Source of the DNA: Vicugna vicugna
Taxonomy: Eukaryota
Direction: 5' to 3'
Assembly: GCA_013265495.1 (NCBI GenBank)
Contig: MU058252.1
Span: forward strand, 2,080,244 to 2,144,243
DNA length: 64,000 nucleotides
The position numbers and the translations under genes were made by a program. Below the pieces are notes generated by a model. It saw nothing but the letters and a program-made list of their open reading frames with translations, was not told the origin of the DNA and did not search any database. Positions 1 to 12,885 of the stretch are shown one piece after another (within the stretch, counting starts at the first letter, position 1; every line of letters starts with the position of its first letter).

Positions 1-345
1 AGTAAACATGAAAAACCTTCATTAGGGAAAAGACCTAAGTGAAGGAAAGTGGAGAGGGTGCCCTGGGAGCGACCAGACCACAGCGCGAGTCTGACCCAGT
101 GAGGAGTGAGGGAGAGAAGCCTGGGTGCTTTTTAGGGTCTAAGGATGTTATTGGGGAGCTTTTGAATGAAAGCTACCCATCAGCGAGGTCCCCCATCTTC
201 CAAGAGATGTGACTACCCCGCCACACCCTGTCACTGGCTAGGAGAGGGGGGCTTGACATCACCAAATGCCCCGATGGGTTCCTCAGCTCCCGGGCGCTGG
301 AGATCGGCCAGGGCTTTCTCGAGGCTCCCACCGCTGTAGGCAGGA
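1..345. mobile_element. Old ERVL-type LTR fragment (LTR16-like), truncated by window start
   Basis: Motifs such as aaagctacccatcagcgaggtcccccatcttcc and gtcactggctaggagag resemble the recalled LTR16-family consensus; highly diverged. Confidence 0.4.
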
Positions 346-3300
346 CGCCACAGGGCTTCGACATGGGCACTGGGAACTTCGGGAGATGGACTTATCTCAT
401 CCTAGCTTGAGGGCTGGGGCATTCACCTGCCACGCCCCACTGCTGAGTGAGTTACGATTGCCGGCAGGGGCACCGTCCAGCCCACCACACACCAAGCAGA
501 GTGCCAAGAAAGCCCTTGGACAATCAATACAGGCACTGACAATTGGAAGTCGAGCTGTGAGGGACAGAAATGGCCAAGAGGCTACGGGCAGGATGCCCAC
601 CAAACCCGTGTCACTGCTGGGGGAGATCCAGCAGCCCCACCCCGGAGCCCTCCCTCCAGCATCTGGCCACTGCGGAGGACCTTCTAAAGACGGAGCACAG
701 TCAGCACCTGCTATGTGTGGAAGTTTTAGCAAAGCAAAGATACCATGGACTTCACCTCCCCCTCGGCGCTGCTGACTTGTGCAACGAGATCCAGAAATCC
801 TGGGACAGGTGACTTTATTTGCAGCCAAGGAGTGTCTTTAGTCCCATCACCACTCACCACGAGATTTTAATAGCTCTCCTTCTTTCTTTATGAAATACAC
901 TGAGAGGACTATTTAAAAGTTAAATAACCAGGCTGTCAGGTGGGAAGACCCAAGAGATCTGAAGCAAGGAAACAAGGTGCAGGACAGTTAAGTGTCGAAC
1001 AAGAACAGAGCCAGCACTGCAATAAGCCCCAGCGAGCCAGCGGAGCCAGAGCCAGCGTGTGACCCACACTAGGGACGGGTAACAGGTATTATGATGTGAG
1101 CCTCTCCCTGAAGAACAGACCCTGGAGAAGAGGGCGTTTACCGTAGACTTCTAACCGGTGGTCACTGTTTGCAAAAAGCAAACTTGGACTAACCCCCAGT
1201 TGGCTGGGTTATACAATTGACTGGTTTTTAACAATGGCTGAAAATGGCAAAGCAATCAAGATGACAAGTTCTCCTGGATTGTTGCTTAAGGAGTCTGCGA
1301 TGTATATGCAAACATGAACATCCTTCCCAGCTCCTAGGAGGAGAGAGCTTTCACGCTACATGCCTAGGGCTGCTGGAAATGTTCTCAGTGGATGACAGAA
1401 ACTAGGAGCATTCCAGAAGCATCCCAGATGCCCAAGTGACAGCTATGTGCTTGGTGTGAGCGTGCTGCAGAGACAGCAGCTCCACAGAGCGCCCACTGAA
1501 CGCTCGGTAGGTGTCCAGTAACCACTGATGAACATTGATGCTAAACTAATTGCGGGGGCAGTAGGTGTTCGCTATAGGAAAACTTCCTCTACCCTGAGTG
1601 TGTTGTTCTCAGCCTGCTCCTAGACTGGTGAGAAAGAATGACTCCCAGTAAATCAATTCTCTGTTCTCTCAGACCCAGCGCTGATGGTAAGACAGCCAGC
1701 GTGGAGTCACCATGAGAACTGTCCCTGATCTTTGCCTCTGCTTGCCTCTGCTGGGAAGGCTGGATGCCAGTTCGCATCGCAGGTGGCTCACCTAAAACTA
1801 CCCCACTTCTCTGAAAGAGATTATGATGGATAGAGATTTCAATCAATAAAAATGCAAAGCACCAAGTGCAGCTTCAGTTTTGGTTGCTGTTCTGCAGGCT
1901 GCTGGCTTAGCACGGCGTGGAGCGTGAACACAGGAAGACGGGTCGGTAAACTCCAGCAGTCTCACCGTCAGAAACATGGAGTGGCCACCAAAATTCGATT
2001 TAAAACCTCACAGGGTGGTGGCCTACCTGAGACATTACAGCTGCTCCCCAGGAGCAAGTCAGCAGAAAGCCACCTTCCAGGCTCTGGTTATCGCTCTCAC
2101 CTCAGATACTGGACATCAGCGCTTGTCTGTTTTTACATGTCTAATTAGTTAAATTAAAAAGCAAAGCGCATCATCGTTAAGCAAGGGAACAGTGGCTGAA
2201 GGAGGCCAGCGACGCGAGGCTGTGTTTACCTTTGTAAAGTCTATGTCCTATCTTACTTATTCTATGTACTGACTCCTTAATTCCTGGTAGGAAGGCCTTC
2301 GGGAAACGGAGATGAATGGTCCGGATTTTACCTTTGAGAACGCCTCTATGGGTCGTTGGTGTTTGCTCCAACTCGAGGCCACGGAGAAGACGCCTGGGGG
2401 GTCTTGGGAGGCGGTAAGCACACAGCAGAGTAGCGGGTACCAGCTCCCGGGGTCCGGGAAGGAAGCAGCGGTGGGGGCGGGGCTGGGAAGTGGGTGGCGG
2501 CGGGGGAAAGGGAGGCAGTAGGAGACTTCTGCTCAGGCCCCTTCTGGGCTTTCTCAAGCCTGACACCGTGTAACTCCTCTGTGGGGCTGTGCTTATGCAG
2601 GACTGGACAAGGGGCCGCTAACGAGCACTACCAGCTCTGTAAGCTCTGCATCTCCCCCTCAGAAAAGGGGACTTACTAGTAAAGCTGGCCACATACAGCG
2701 ACTCTTCCAGCCTTCATACGAATCATTAGGAAATAGTGATTGCGTTCTGGAAGGCTGCTGGGAGACAGCTCCCAGGGACCCCGCTGGAGGCACAGTGCCT
2801 GTCATGAAAGGGCAGGATGCCCGGCAGTAGAGCCGTCTGCACGCATGCTGGGAACAGAAGAGGGTTTCTGGTATTCCCTAATGAGCTTGGTTATTTAGCT
2901 AAAGGGATTTCTGACTGCTGTGAGAGTTACCACCGGGGTGTTTCTTGCTGCTCATAGTATCACAGAAGAGAAGAGACATAAATTGAGGTGAGAATTATTA
3001 AGCAAAACGAAAACAGGAGACCCCAAAACTAAAAAGATAGAGTCATTGCAGCCCCGACATACAGAGCTCAGAAGCCATCACTCTCACCCTTACAACAAGA
3101 AAAACCTGCAAAACTGAACACTGAGGATGTTTCTCGCACCCAGAGGAGAATGGAGGTGGCAGGGCACCGGGCTTCCCGGCCTCTGCAGAGATGAGTGAAT
3201 CCAGGGAGTCAGGGCTGAGATCTGCTTCCCGGAGACACAAGGCCGGTGGACACTGCAGTGGGAATTTTGATGAATTGCTGGCGGCTGAGAGTGGAGCCGT

Positions 3301-4349
3301 GTGGGGTGAGAAAGTTCATGTGGCCACACTCAGGGCGCCACCCACTTGTGGATTTTACCTCCAGAAAAGAGTGGACTTGAGCACCAGCGTAAGTTAGCGT
3401 GAAGGGCTCGCAGTCGCTCCAGGCAGTCGGTAACAACGACTCGCCACTCGAAGCACGTCTGCTGCTGTGTTAAGCACCTTCCACACCTCAGTATCTCTCA
3501 CAGCCAGTTTCTTTGCCTGGAATACAGCACGATGACACCTGCTTCCAAGCCATAAACTAAATGAGAGGAATAATTTGCCCAAAGACGTACACTGGGAAGA
3601 GCAAAGCCAAGACTCTAACCGACACCCGCCTTTCCAGCCACACTGTCCACTGCGTGACTCCGGTGCCCAAAACGCGCCCCCCCACTTGCACAACAGACAT
3701 GTCACGGGTCGCTTTTGAACTCTGTCAGTGGGCAAAAGCAGCCACATATGATTAACTTATTTGACAAGATGGAGACTCTTCCTGTTTGATTTTGGGACTG
3801 TTAACGCGATGACAACGGACAACAGCAGACACCTGAGAAGATCTTCTCACTCTTCACGGGGCACCGCACGCAACGTGCTCTGTCGGCAGCCCGGTGGGCA
3901 GCGCGGCTTCTCACAGGTGAAGCCAGTTCCTTCCTCCACTTTCTAGATGAAGAAACTGAGGATGTGGAGGGACTGGGAAATAGAAACCAAATTGTGTGGC
4001 TTGATTTTTCATTCAGAATATTCAGACTCAACCGTCACTACCTGGATAAATCTAGACCAGCCTTAACAACTGGCTCAATAATATGGCTGTGTCCTAAGGG
4101 GGCTGCTGGTCCACTGCTCAGACTTGTGATTCTAAAATGTTGCAATGCAGTCTGCATGGAGCGGTTGCTCTGCCTTGATTTGTTTTTCTTAGTTCTCAAT
4201 TTTTCACCTCTATCCGAATGCGGCCTAATTAGATCACGACTTCACAGGCACCAAAAGAAAAAAGGCAGAGAAGAAAAGGAAAAGAAAAAAAAGCCTTGGG
4301 GGCCTGCCAATACTTCCACTGCAAAAAGTAGAGGCACTCTGCTGCCCTC

Positions 4350-6000
4350 CCCCAAATACGCCCCGGTCACTCACGCAGACTGGACCCCGCAGGCCGCCCC
4401 CCGCCCCCGCAGCGCCGGCCCTGGGAGCAGGGTGCCTACATCCTCAGCTGTAGCCGGTGGGGGCGCTGCCAAGAGCCCGGGGACCGGCCCAGCTCCTCCT
4501 CCGCCCCCTCCACTTCCTCGCCTTCCCTGTGCAGCGGCGCCTGGCAGAGCCTCGCGTGCCACCTCCCGACCATCCCGGGAAGATTTGGCGACGGGAGCCC
4601 GGGCCGGAGCAGCAGGGAGAGCGGGCGCCCGCCCCCCCGAGTTGCCCTTCTCAGTTCACCCCCGCAGGGCGGGCGGGGCGCCTGGTCCGCCGGCGCTGGA
4701 GGGTGGGGAGAGGTCGGCGCACGAGCGGAACGCGAGCCCGCGCGCCCCGCAGCCGCGGCTCTGCCCGGGGGGCGGGAGGGCGCCGGTTCCCGAGCTGCCG
4801 CGGGTTTCCCCACCCCCTGCTCCGGGAAAAGCCTAGCCCTGCAGCCCCCGCCCTCGCCGCACGCGTACCTCCTCGCCCCTCCTCGGAGCTCCTTTTGGAT
4901 CTGCTCGCGCTTCTGGTCTGGAGAGTCCTGGACTGTTTCCCAGGAAGGCAGCCCTGGGCAGAGCGCCCTCGGAGCCGCCGGCGCCGGCCCGGCTCCCTCT
5001 GGGGTCCCAGCAGCTGCTTCTCCTTCCTCGGCTGGGCTGCAGGGCTTAGCGTCCCTGGACGAGGAGCCGCACGGACACCTGCCGCTCGGAGACGTCGCCC
5101 GGACTTGGCCGGGGAGGGAGCACCCACCTCGCCTCCGGGAGACTCCCACTTCGCCACCCTCCACGCGCTAAGGAAGTTTTGAAGGTAGAAAACCGAGCCC
5201 CCCAACTTCCTCTGGACATGAATCAAACAGCAGGAGCCTCCAATAACGTCAGGTGTCCCCCAGGGAAAAGCCACAAGGTAAGGGACCCGCGACGGAGAGG
5301 CTGGTGCGGGACCTGGCGAGCAGGCGGAGGCGGCAGTTTGCGGGCAAGTGGACCTTGCTGGTTTGTGGATTCCGAGACGCCGGCCCCTCCACGGCGGGTG
5401 GAGGGGGTCCTTGAGTCCAGACGGCTAGTGGGGCGCTGGGGTTTGTGAGAATAGGTGGTGTTCAGTCGCCGGAGAGCCAACGGCAGGCTCTGCAGTGCAC
5501 TCGCTCTGGGCCACTCGGGGCTCGGCAGGCTCGCGGGCAGGTGCGGCTGTTCCCCGGATTGCTGAGCTTGCGGGGAGGGGGAGAGGTCCGCGGTGGGAGG
5601 CAGGGCCCCTTGGAATCAGAACGCGACCCCTGGGTCAAAGCGTGCAGAAGGGGCTTCCCGGGAAGCATTCTAGGCTGTGCCCGGGCGCACGCTCTTGTCA
5701 GTGTCGTGGACACGTGCTTAATTAACTTTAATGGGCCCCATGCGTGCCTGGGATGATTTCCAGGAAATTACTGTGGTGTTCGGAGAAAAGAGTGGGGGCA
5801 GCGGCCTGAGGAGCCGGCCCAGAACCTCTCTAGTGGCCCAGAGTGAGAGGGGCGAGCCTAGGGGAGCGTCTTTTCCCGCGCGCTGAGCTGCGGACTCCAC
5901 GGAGGTCTGGGTTCCCCGGCGGTCACCTGCGCGCACAGCCGTGCTTGGCCCTGGCCAGTCCCCTTCTGTGCCCGCGGGTCTGTGCTCGCCTTAGGCTGTG
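4350..6000 (+). promoter_or_regulatory. DPP6: CpG island / promoter and 5'UTR of DPP6 exon 1a(E)
   Basis: Very GC-rich and CpG-dense relative to flanks, with several GC-boxes (e.g. ccccgccccc ~4398-4408, gggcggggcg ~4671-4680). It surrounds the first coding exon; no ATG seen between ~4380 and 5217. Confidence 0.85.
5218..5277 (+). CDS. DPP6: First coding exon of dipeptidyl peptidase-like protein 6, isoform DPP6a/DPP6-E ([20 protein letters not shown]); partial CDS continuing outside the window
   Basis: ATG in GACATGA context (purine at -3), 20 codons, then canonical phase-0 donor AAG|GTAAGG (GT at 5278-5279). The peptide matches the recalled DPP6a N-terminus ([20 protein letters not shown]) and paralogous DPP10a (MNQTASVSHHIKCQPSKTIK), including the MNQTA motif and Cys13. 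Confidence 0.92.
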
Positions 6001-9000
6001 TTTTGTTTACAAGGAATTTCCTTACCTGGGTTACACAGGGAAGCTGTACAGCCATGTACGCATCAGTGTACTTTAAAAATATTTCAGAGTATTTTAATTT
6101 TTTTAACTGAAAGAAGGCAGGGATTTTTCGGTCTTAGCTTTGATGTGTATCCTGAATCTGTGCTCTAAGCTTTTGCGTTGTGCTTGCTAAACTTATTTTT
6201 GCCTCTACGTTTTTATTCGCAGAGGCATGTGTGTTGATGAGTATGTTATTAGAAGGCTGTTGCCTCTAATATCTATTTGCTGGGGGTTGGACACGTGTGG
6301 AGCTGGAGTTAATAATGATATTGAGTTCATTTGGTGGGTCAAGCAACTCCTGGTCTGTTGAGTTATGTAAGATCAGGATTTAGGCTGGAATATTTTTATT
6401 TCGATTAAATGATATACAGCATTATCTGCTTCAGTCAGATCGGGTGAGATAGTTCAATCAGCAAATCATATCTTGGTCTCTGTTCTCATTAACTATGATT
6501 CGAGCAGTTACACTTTTCACATATACTTTATTTAATATCCATAGGAAATGTCTAGTATGTAGTACCTGAATTATAAGACTTTAAATTAAAAATAAGAAAG
6601 TTTCTCTCACCAGTGAGTATATAGTGGAGGCAGACGTTCAGAAGACCATTCAGTAATTTCTTTTAAAAAATGCCTTCGGTTCCAATGGTAAAGTGGCTTC
6701 TTGGCAATACTGCAGCGTATTGATACCAATAAAACTTTCCGGGAAGACTTCAAACGCACAGCAACCACTTAGAAGGTCCTAGAAAACCTTTGGTCGTGAG
6801 TTAGGGATCACTCTGTGCAGGTAGCAGGTGTCCAACTCATGCTTAGTCCACTGAATCGTAATAATCCAATAAACCGTCATCACCAAGCATGCATATCAAT
6901 CAGAGCAAACATTGTGAACTCCTAAGTTCCAAGAACCCAAATGCAAGTTTAGAGGTTGCCTTCACTCTCTGGAACACAGCTCTAGTCACACCTGCCCTTC
7001 ATGCTTTAAAATCCTGGATAGTCCCCGTGGCCTAACATGAGATTATGATTAGCCATCTGCTGGAAGAAAAAATAAAAATCCAATCCGTTTCCTCAAGGAA
7101 GAACCCAGGCACATTGTAGTGCGTCCTTGGGGTCTGTAGACTGTCTTCGGTGGTTTGCCGTGGCGGTGGCTGCGGCGAGGTGGCAGTGCCGGCAGGGAGT
7201 CTCAGTGGATGTTATGGAGAGAACGAGGGGCAGGTCAGTCTGCCCTGGAAAGCTCTGGACAGACCACATGATACCTAGGTTTCCATAGTCTTAATGAAAC
7301 ATGAACTCAGTAACATCAGTTTATTTTACTAGAAGTTTGAAAAAGGTGTGTTTCTGTTTTGCATGATGTTCTAAGGGTTCATCTCGGGGGATTTCTGGAA
7401 AATGCTTCAGTTGGACCTACTATTGTGTTACCTCGTTCACTCCCTGGTTACTGTTAGAGATTTCTGTTGGCAGCTTACCGTGGTTTGTTCTCATGCAGAC
7501 CTTCCTTGGGAAACACTGATTGTTTTTCTCATTTTGGGGGCTACTCAGTGGTTGAGTTCAGCCATCTTTAGATGTGTTCTTTACCCCTGCATCATTCTCA
7601 AACATGGAACCCCAGAATTAGGAAAGAAAGCTCCTTTTTGTAGCTCTCTTGCTCCTGACTGTGGCGGTAACTGACCATCTGCTAACAGCTACCAAGGACT
7701 ACAGAGGGTACCAGCCCCACGGTCATCCCCGAGACTGGGCAGGAGCCACTGTTCTGAGAGGATCACTCCAGGAGGGACAGTCCCCTGGGACTGGGAGGGT
7801 GAAATGTCCCCCTGGGACCATGCAGCCTTACCTGCCCCGTGTTGGTCTGGCGCTGGGCACAGTGAACGGGACTCGTCAGGTGCTGGTCAAGCACTAGTCG
7901 ACAGCCAGGGCTGTTCTGCCATAGTTGTGGGAGGTCTGACTGGCAGTTGGGTGCAGCCTGCCTGGGGCAGCCCCACTGGGGTGGGCTCTGCGTCCACGGG
8001 GCTCGCCGACCTCTGCCAGCTCTGGGATGATACCCTCTAGAAACTCATTAAGCATCTTTTCTTTCTTTTTTAAAAAGATACAAAATGCTACACACTTTAT
8101 GATACCAATTTCATAGAAATAGACATGTGAAGACAAAAGATAGTCAGAAAATACACCAAACTGTTACCTCTGCTGAGCTCAGAATCAGGAGACAGGTGTC
8201 TACATTTTCACTGTGTTTTCCACTTAAGTCTTCCATAGTTGTAATGGGTCGTGGGTTTTTTCGTTTTGAGTGCTTAATGAATATATTTGGCAAGGATATT
8301 ACTAAAAAATATAAACGTTTAAAATTTTGGTTTTGAAACTTACATACCATTGTACAAGGACTTTTTCAAAATCCAATATAACCTTTATGGAAAGATGAGC
8401 CAGCAGTTTTATTATTTACACAAAATGTGTGCATTTCTTTGTCATCCTCTAAAAGATACACAAGTCTTCCGGGGTGAAAGGTGTGGGTTACTGATGCATC
8501 TCAGTATTGCAAAAGAGATGACTTAAACTTCAATATGCAGTCATTCAAATGTATTTCAAAATTATTCTTTAATGTATTGTCTTTAAATTTTTTTTTTGCT
8601 TAAATTTTTTTCCATAGTTGTCAGTTTCTTACTTCACCAGCACTAATTCCTAATCCTTGTCTTCACTGCTTTTTTAAACCTGAGAGTCATTGTACATGGA
8701 AGTGACTGCCACTGATGTGGGACGAGCATCTTCAGGTCTGCGGGACAGGCTCACATTCTGTTTTTGACCTTCTGGCTGGAGAATTAAATTTCCAATGTCA
8801 TGCATATTTAGAGCAAAATAACCTTTCTATCTAAAATATTTTATTTACCGAGAAACTAGATGCAATATGGTATTTCAAGCTCATTTTGATTGTTTTCTCA
8901 ATCAGTTTCCACCTGATTGTTTGATCAACATTTCAAGTGGCTTCTGTGCTGTGTGCTGTGCTAAGTGGTTTGTCTATTTAATTTAGGCCTGAATTGGTGA

Positions 9001-9051
9001 ATGGAGATAAAATCATTTCATAAGGAAGGCAGTTGGCTCAGACAAATTGGA

Positions 9052-9150
9052 CCAGTGCTTTTCAAACTTCAGCGTGGACATGAATCTCCCATAGATGTTA
9101 AAATGCGGATCTGAATCTGTCGGTCTGAAGCGGAGCTTCAGATACGGCTT
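9052..9150. mobile_element. MER5-like hAT-Charlie MITE fragment
   Basis: ccagtgcttttcaaacttcagcgtggacatgaatc...gttaaaatgcggatctgaatctgtcggtctg matches the MER5 left-end pattern. Confidence 0.55.
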
Positions 9151-9329
9151 CAAATCAAACGCTGGGCATTTTTATCGTTGGTAGAGGTCATCAAGAGGAC
9201 GTGACAGCTGGTTGACCTGTGAGCTGGACCCAGGCAATTGGCAGCTCTTCCCCACCCCGAGTCCTTGGGAGGTACATCTGCCCACGATGGGAGCCATTCC
9301 AAGCGCAAAGCCTTGGGAGAGGAGGGTGC

Positions 9330-9523
9330 TGTTGAGACCCTCTGGACTGAATAGGCAACTGAACCCAGTTAGGTCTTCTCTATGAACTTAAAGATGCTCA
9401 GGCAGGTGCGAAGATGTAAGTTCCCCTGCCTGTTAAAACTGCTGCCTGCCGATCTGGGTGGATCTGCCTCTTTCTTTGGTCTCTCCTGTCCCTGCGTATA
9501 TGGGGACAGGTCCTGAACCAACA
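9330..9523 (+). mobile_element. Short (194 bp) solo-LTR-like element
   Basis: Bounded by TGTTG...CAACA inverted termini; the 3' part (tctttggtctctcctgtccct...gaaccaaca) resembles an ERV U5 end. No convincing TSD. Confidence 0.4.
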
Positions 9524-9869
9524 GTAACCCACGTGTTATGAGTTCTTTCCAGATGAACTTAGCCTCTTACTTCCTGCTCATTTCTACTTTCTGTTTCTCC
9601 CGCTTATGTCACAAGAACAGAGATGGCAAAGACATGCCTGTGTGTTCAGTTAGGCGAGGTCTCTGTCGTTTTCCTTTTAAAGCATTGGGAAAAAAAAAAA
9701 AGACTGTGTCAACTGAAACCATTTGAGTTAATTGGGAATGCATTTTGCAAAACAGTGTTGGCTAGACCCACCTGCATTTTCACTCTGCCTTTATTCTTAG
9801 AGGCATTTTTTCCTTTAATGGAATTCCCGGTTGACAAGATGGTTTCTCTTTCAGCATTCCACTGAATTC

Positions 9870-10560
9870 TGGTCTCCATTTTTCCCACTGAGACACGAAG
9901 AGTCTTTTGACTCATTGGTCCCTGTGTGCTAGGTGCCATTTCTCTCTGTCTGATCTCAAGCTTTCCTCTTTGTCTTTGGTTTTCAGTATCTGAGAGTTAC
10001 CAGCCTGGGCGTGGACCCCTTCCTGTGTGTCTGCTGGGGCTTCGTAGAACATCTTCACTGCTTTGGGGAATTTTGCGGCCATTATCTCTTCCAGTTTTTT
10101 TTTTTCCTGTCCCATTCTTAATTTGTTGAGATGACAGTTATTCATATGCTGGGCACTTTATACCCCTGCAGGTCTCTGACTGTTCACTTTTTCTCTCCCT
10201 CCTTCAGATGCCGTCCTTGCTGTCACTCAGTTTTTGCGTTCCATTCTCCCCTCCCTCGCTGTCCCCATGTTCCTGTCTGCACGTCAGCGGTTTACTTCCG
10301 ATGCTGCTCCTTAGTTCTGGAATTCCCTCGTTGTCCTGTTTTCCCTGCTCAGGCCGTAGGCAGCTGTCCTTCCGTTCGCCGTGGGAGTCCCGTTTTCCTG
10401 TCATCGTTGTCACAGCCATGTGGACCCTCCCCTCCTGACGCCGGGGTCGTCTGGGACTGGCCCATGTTGCTCGTGCTCCTTTTCTGAGGATGGGTCGCAT
10501 TTTCCTGTTGCGCTGTTTGCTGACTAATTTTGAATTTTATCCTTGGCCTTGTGAACGTTG
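9870..10560 (-). mobile_element. Ancient L1 (L1M-type) ORF1/5' region fragment
   Basis: Minus-strand translation LEEIMAAKFPK...LKTKDKEESLRSDREKWHL resembles L1 ORF1p (FEEIMAENFP...LKTKDKEKILKAAREKRH); degenerate. Confidence 0.7.
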
Positions 10561-12047
10561 AGTGAGGACCCTGGCTTCTGTTAAGGCTGTCACTAAAGTG
10601 GGCAAGTAAGTGGTGGGGCAGCTGACGTACAGCTGTGCTCTTCCACCCTTACCTAGACTGCCTCGATCCTCGTCCGTGTGTGCGCGGCTCAAGGAGCCCT
10701 CAGGGCCTTGGGAAGCCTTTATACACAGACTTTGAAGCCCCCCTACTGGTTTCCTTCTAGAATTCCCTTGCACTTTCTAGCTGTGGCAGTTGCCTCGAAC
10801 TCTGTCCTCTGCAAAGTCCGCTAGCTTTGGGCTGCTTTCCAGCACCCTCACACTGTCTGTTCTGTGTTTTGCAGGGAGATGGCTGTGTGTGTGGAGCTGG
10901 CTTGTGGTGACCCTCACTCAGCCCTTGTTGGGACTGGGACGCTCCCTGTCTTTCTCACCAATAAATTCAATGCCCAGACTCGAGAATCAGGGGTTTGGGG
11001 GAACCTCCCCTACGGGGGCCCTCAAATCAGTGACGTCACGTTTCTATGGTAACTCAGTAGCTCCCTAGACTTACTCCAACTTTATTTTTCTAAATCTTCA
11101 GTACGAAACGTAACGTTCCTTTGCACTTTGGGGTCAAAGCATGGCTAGCCGATGTCATTCCTCCCAGCACGACTTTACTCTCCCGTCTTCTCCTCACCAA
11201 GACTGTTTAATTCTTTGGGAGCCTTTCTTCTTGTTGCTTCTCAACCTTTTCCATCTCCTCTCCTGTTAGTTTTTCCTCGCCTCTCTTATTTTCCCAATGT
11301 GTTTTGTTCTCCAAAATTCACATTTTGATAAATTACAGCTGCTGAATCGAAAGGCTCTCATGGGTTCCTTTTCTTCCCCTTTCATAAGAGGCAAAGCGCG
11401 ATGTCACGACCGCCCCTGCAGGAGAGCTCCTCTTCCCCACACTTTCCCGCCCTCTCCCGTTGAGGTCTGCGGAGCCTCCCCCTCCGTTCACCCGCTCTCC
11501 AAGCTGCCCCCCGTCTCCACTTCTTTGGGCTTGAGCAGCCTCTCCTCCTCTTCACGGGCAAAAGGCTGTCCCTCCTGGATCTGGGGACACAGCAGCACCG
11601 CCGGCTTCCTCTGTAGGCAGCCGTAACGAGGACCAGGGCGGCCGTGGCTCGCAGGCCGCCACGGGTGGAGCGGGGCCTGAGAGGCTTGTGAATTGGGTTT
11701 ACCGCTGTCAGCACAAGCTCCACGTCCTGCCCGGCTCCTTCCGCACGTCTTCGCTTCACGGCCGGCCGGCATCGCTGCGGCGGGCGTGAGCACAACGCGG
11801 GCCGGAGTGCAGCTGCGAGGGTGCCCGGCGTAGCTCCGGCTGCAGGCCTCTCTCCAGCTTGCCTTTGGCTTGAACTTCCGACCTTTCTGCCTGTCCTGAT
11901 CCCCGTGCCTACCGGTCTTCAGCCTCTGCCTCTGCCAGAGCCCGGACCTCCCTGCTCCAGACCGCTGACCTCTGTCCTCTTTGTGGCTCGTGCCTGGGTC
12001 CTCCTCGCATAGAGAATCCTCTGCTCCGAATCTGGAGTGTTTTAAAA

Positions 12048-12112
12048 GCCAGTATTTTGTAATCACGTAAATGGAGTGTAACCTTTAAAAACTATATCAA
12101 AAAATTAAAGAA
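12048..12112 (+). mobile_element. Short L1 3' tail
   Basis: agccagtattttgtaatcacgtaaatggagtgtaacctttaaaaactatatc plus an A-rich tail resembles a cetartiodactyl L1 3' terminus. Confidence 0.5.
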
Positions 12113-12804
12113 ACAGGATCAAGTTTCACAGATAATTATGCTCAATCCCTTCACTTCATAAAAACTGAAGTGCAGCAAAATACAAGTAGTTAATGAGGGA
12201 GCCAGACCCAAGCTCTCACTGCCAGGTTCCCAGGACTCGGCACGTGCTGCTGTTTCTCATATATTGTCCGTGTGAGCACAGAGTCGGGGGTCACGTGCTA
12301 TGCACGTCTGCATCATGCAGGTTAGTGCATTCGCCTAAGGACGCTGCATCCCCAAGGGCATGTCCTGGTCAGGGCTTGTCCAGCCTCTCATAGCCTTCCA
12401 TGCTAAACGAGAGGCTTCCTTCTGTGGCTGGTAATTTTAGAACAAAGTAGGAAAGGAAACCCATACAAATTAAAACAAAAGAAAAAAATTCTTTTTACTA
12501 CCCAGAATCTAAATCATCCTGGAGAATTTTAGAAAGTTTAATGTAATGCATAAAACATAAATTGCTTTAATGACTTCCAGGAGATCAGTGAAAATCTATT
12601 TGTGTAATTTTGGTTTTACATTTTATTGATTTTTAAACTTTTAATTGTCATCGTCTTCTCAGTAAAATGCATAAACCAAACATAAGCTCATGCATAAGTT
12701 GAATTTCCAGGAATAGAAGGCGGTAAATGAGCAGTAATTGTTTTCCTGGTTTCACATGTTGGATTGTTGCATGTAAGTCGAAAGCTGTACCTCAAGTGCA
12801 GTAT

Positions 12805-12885
12805 TTTATTTTTTTAAATTTTTAAATTTTTTCATTGAAGTACAGTTGATTAATATTGGGTTAGTTTTAGGTGTATAGCAAAGAC
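12805..12885 (-). mobile_element. Short L1 3' tail
   Basis: T-rich tract followed by attgaagtacagttgat...ttaggtgtatagcaaag, the same terminus as other L1 tails in the window. Confidence 0.7.

Noticed and set aside
3550..3990. MIR-like fragments (similar hints near 12130-12250, 13840-13920, 33355-33500, 54520-54640)
   Set aside because: Core motifs such as gaaactgagg and ttgcccaag are visible, but they are too decayed to delimit reliably by eye.
3964..5274. Long overlapping ORFs (290, 242, 241, 207 aa) on both strands
   Set aside because: They lie in the GC-rich CpG island where stop codons are rare; low-complexity Pro/Ala/Gly/Arg translations with no recognisable domain.
5179..5448. 89-aa ORF as a complete gene
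   Set aside because: Only codons 5218-5277 match DPP6a; the rest is read-through past a canonical splice donor, and the TTG start is not credible here.
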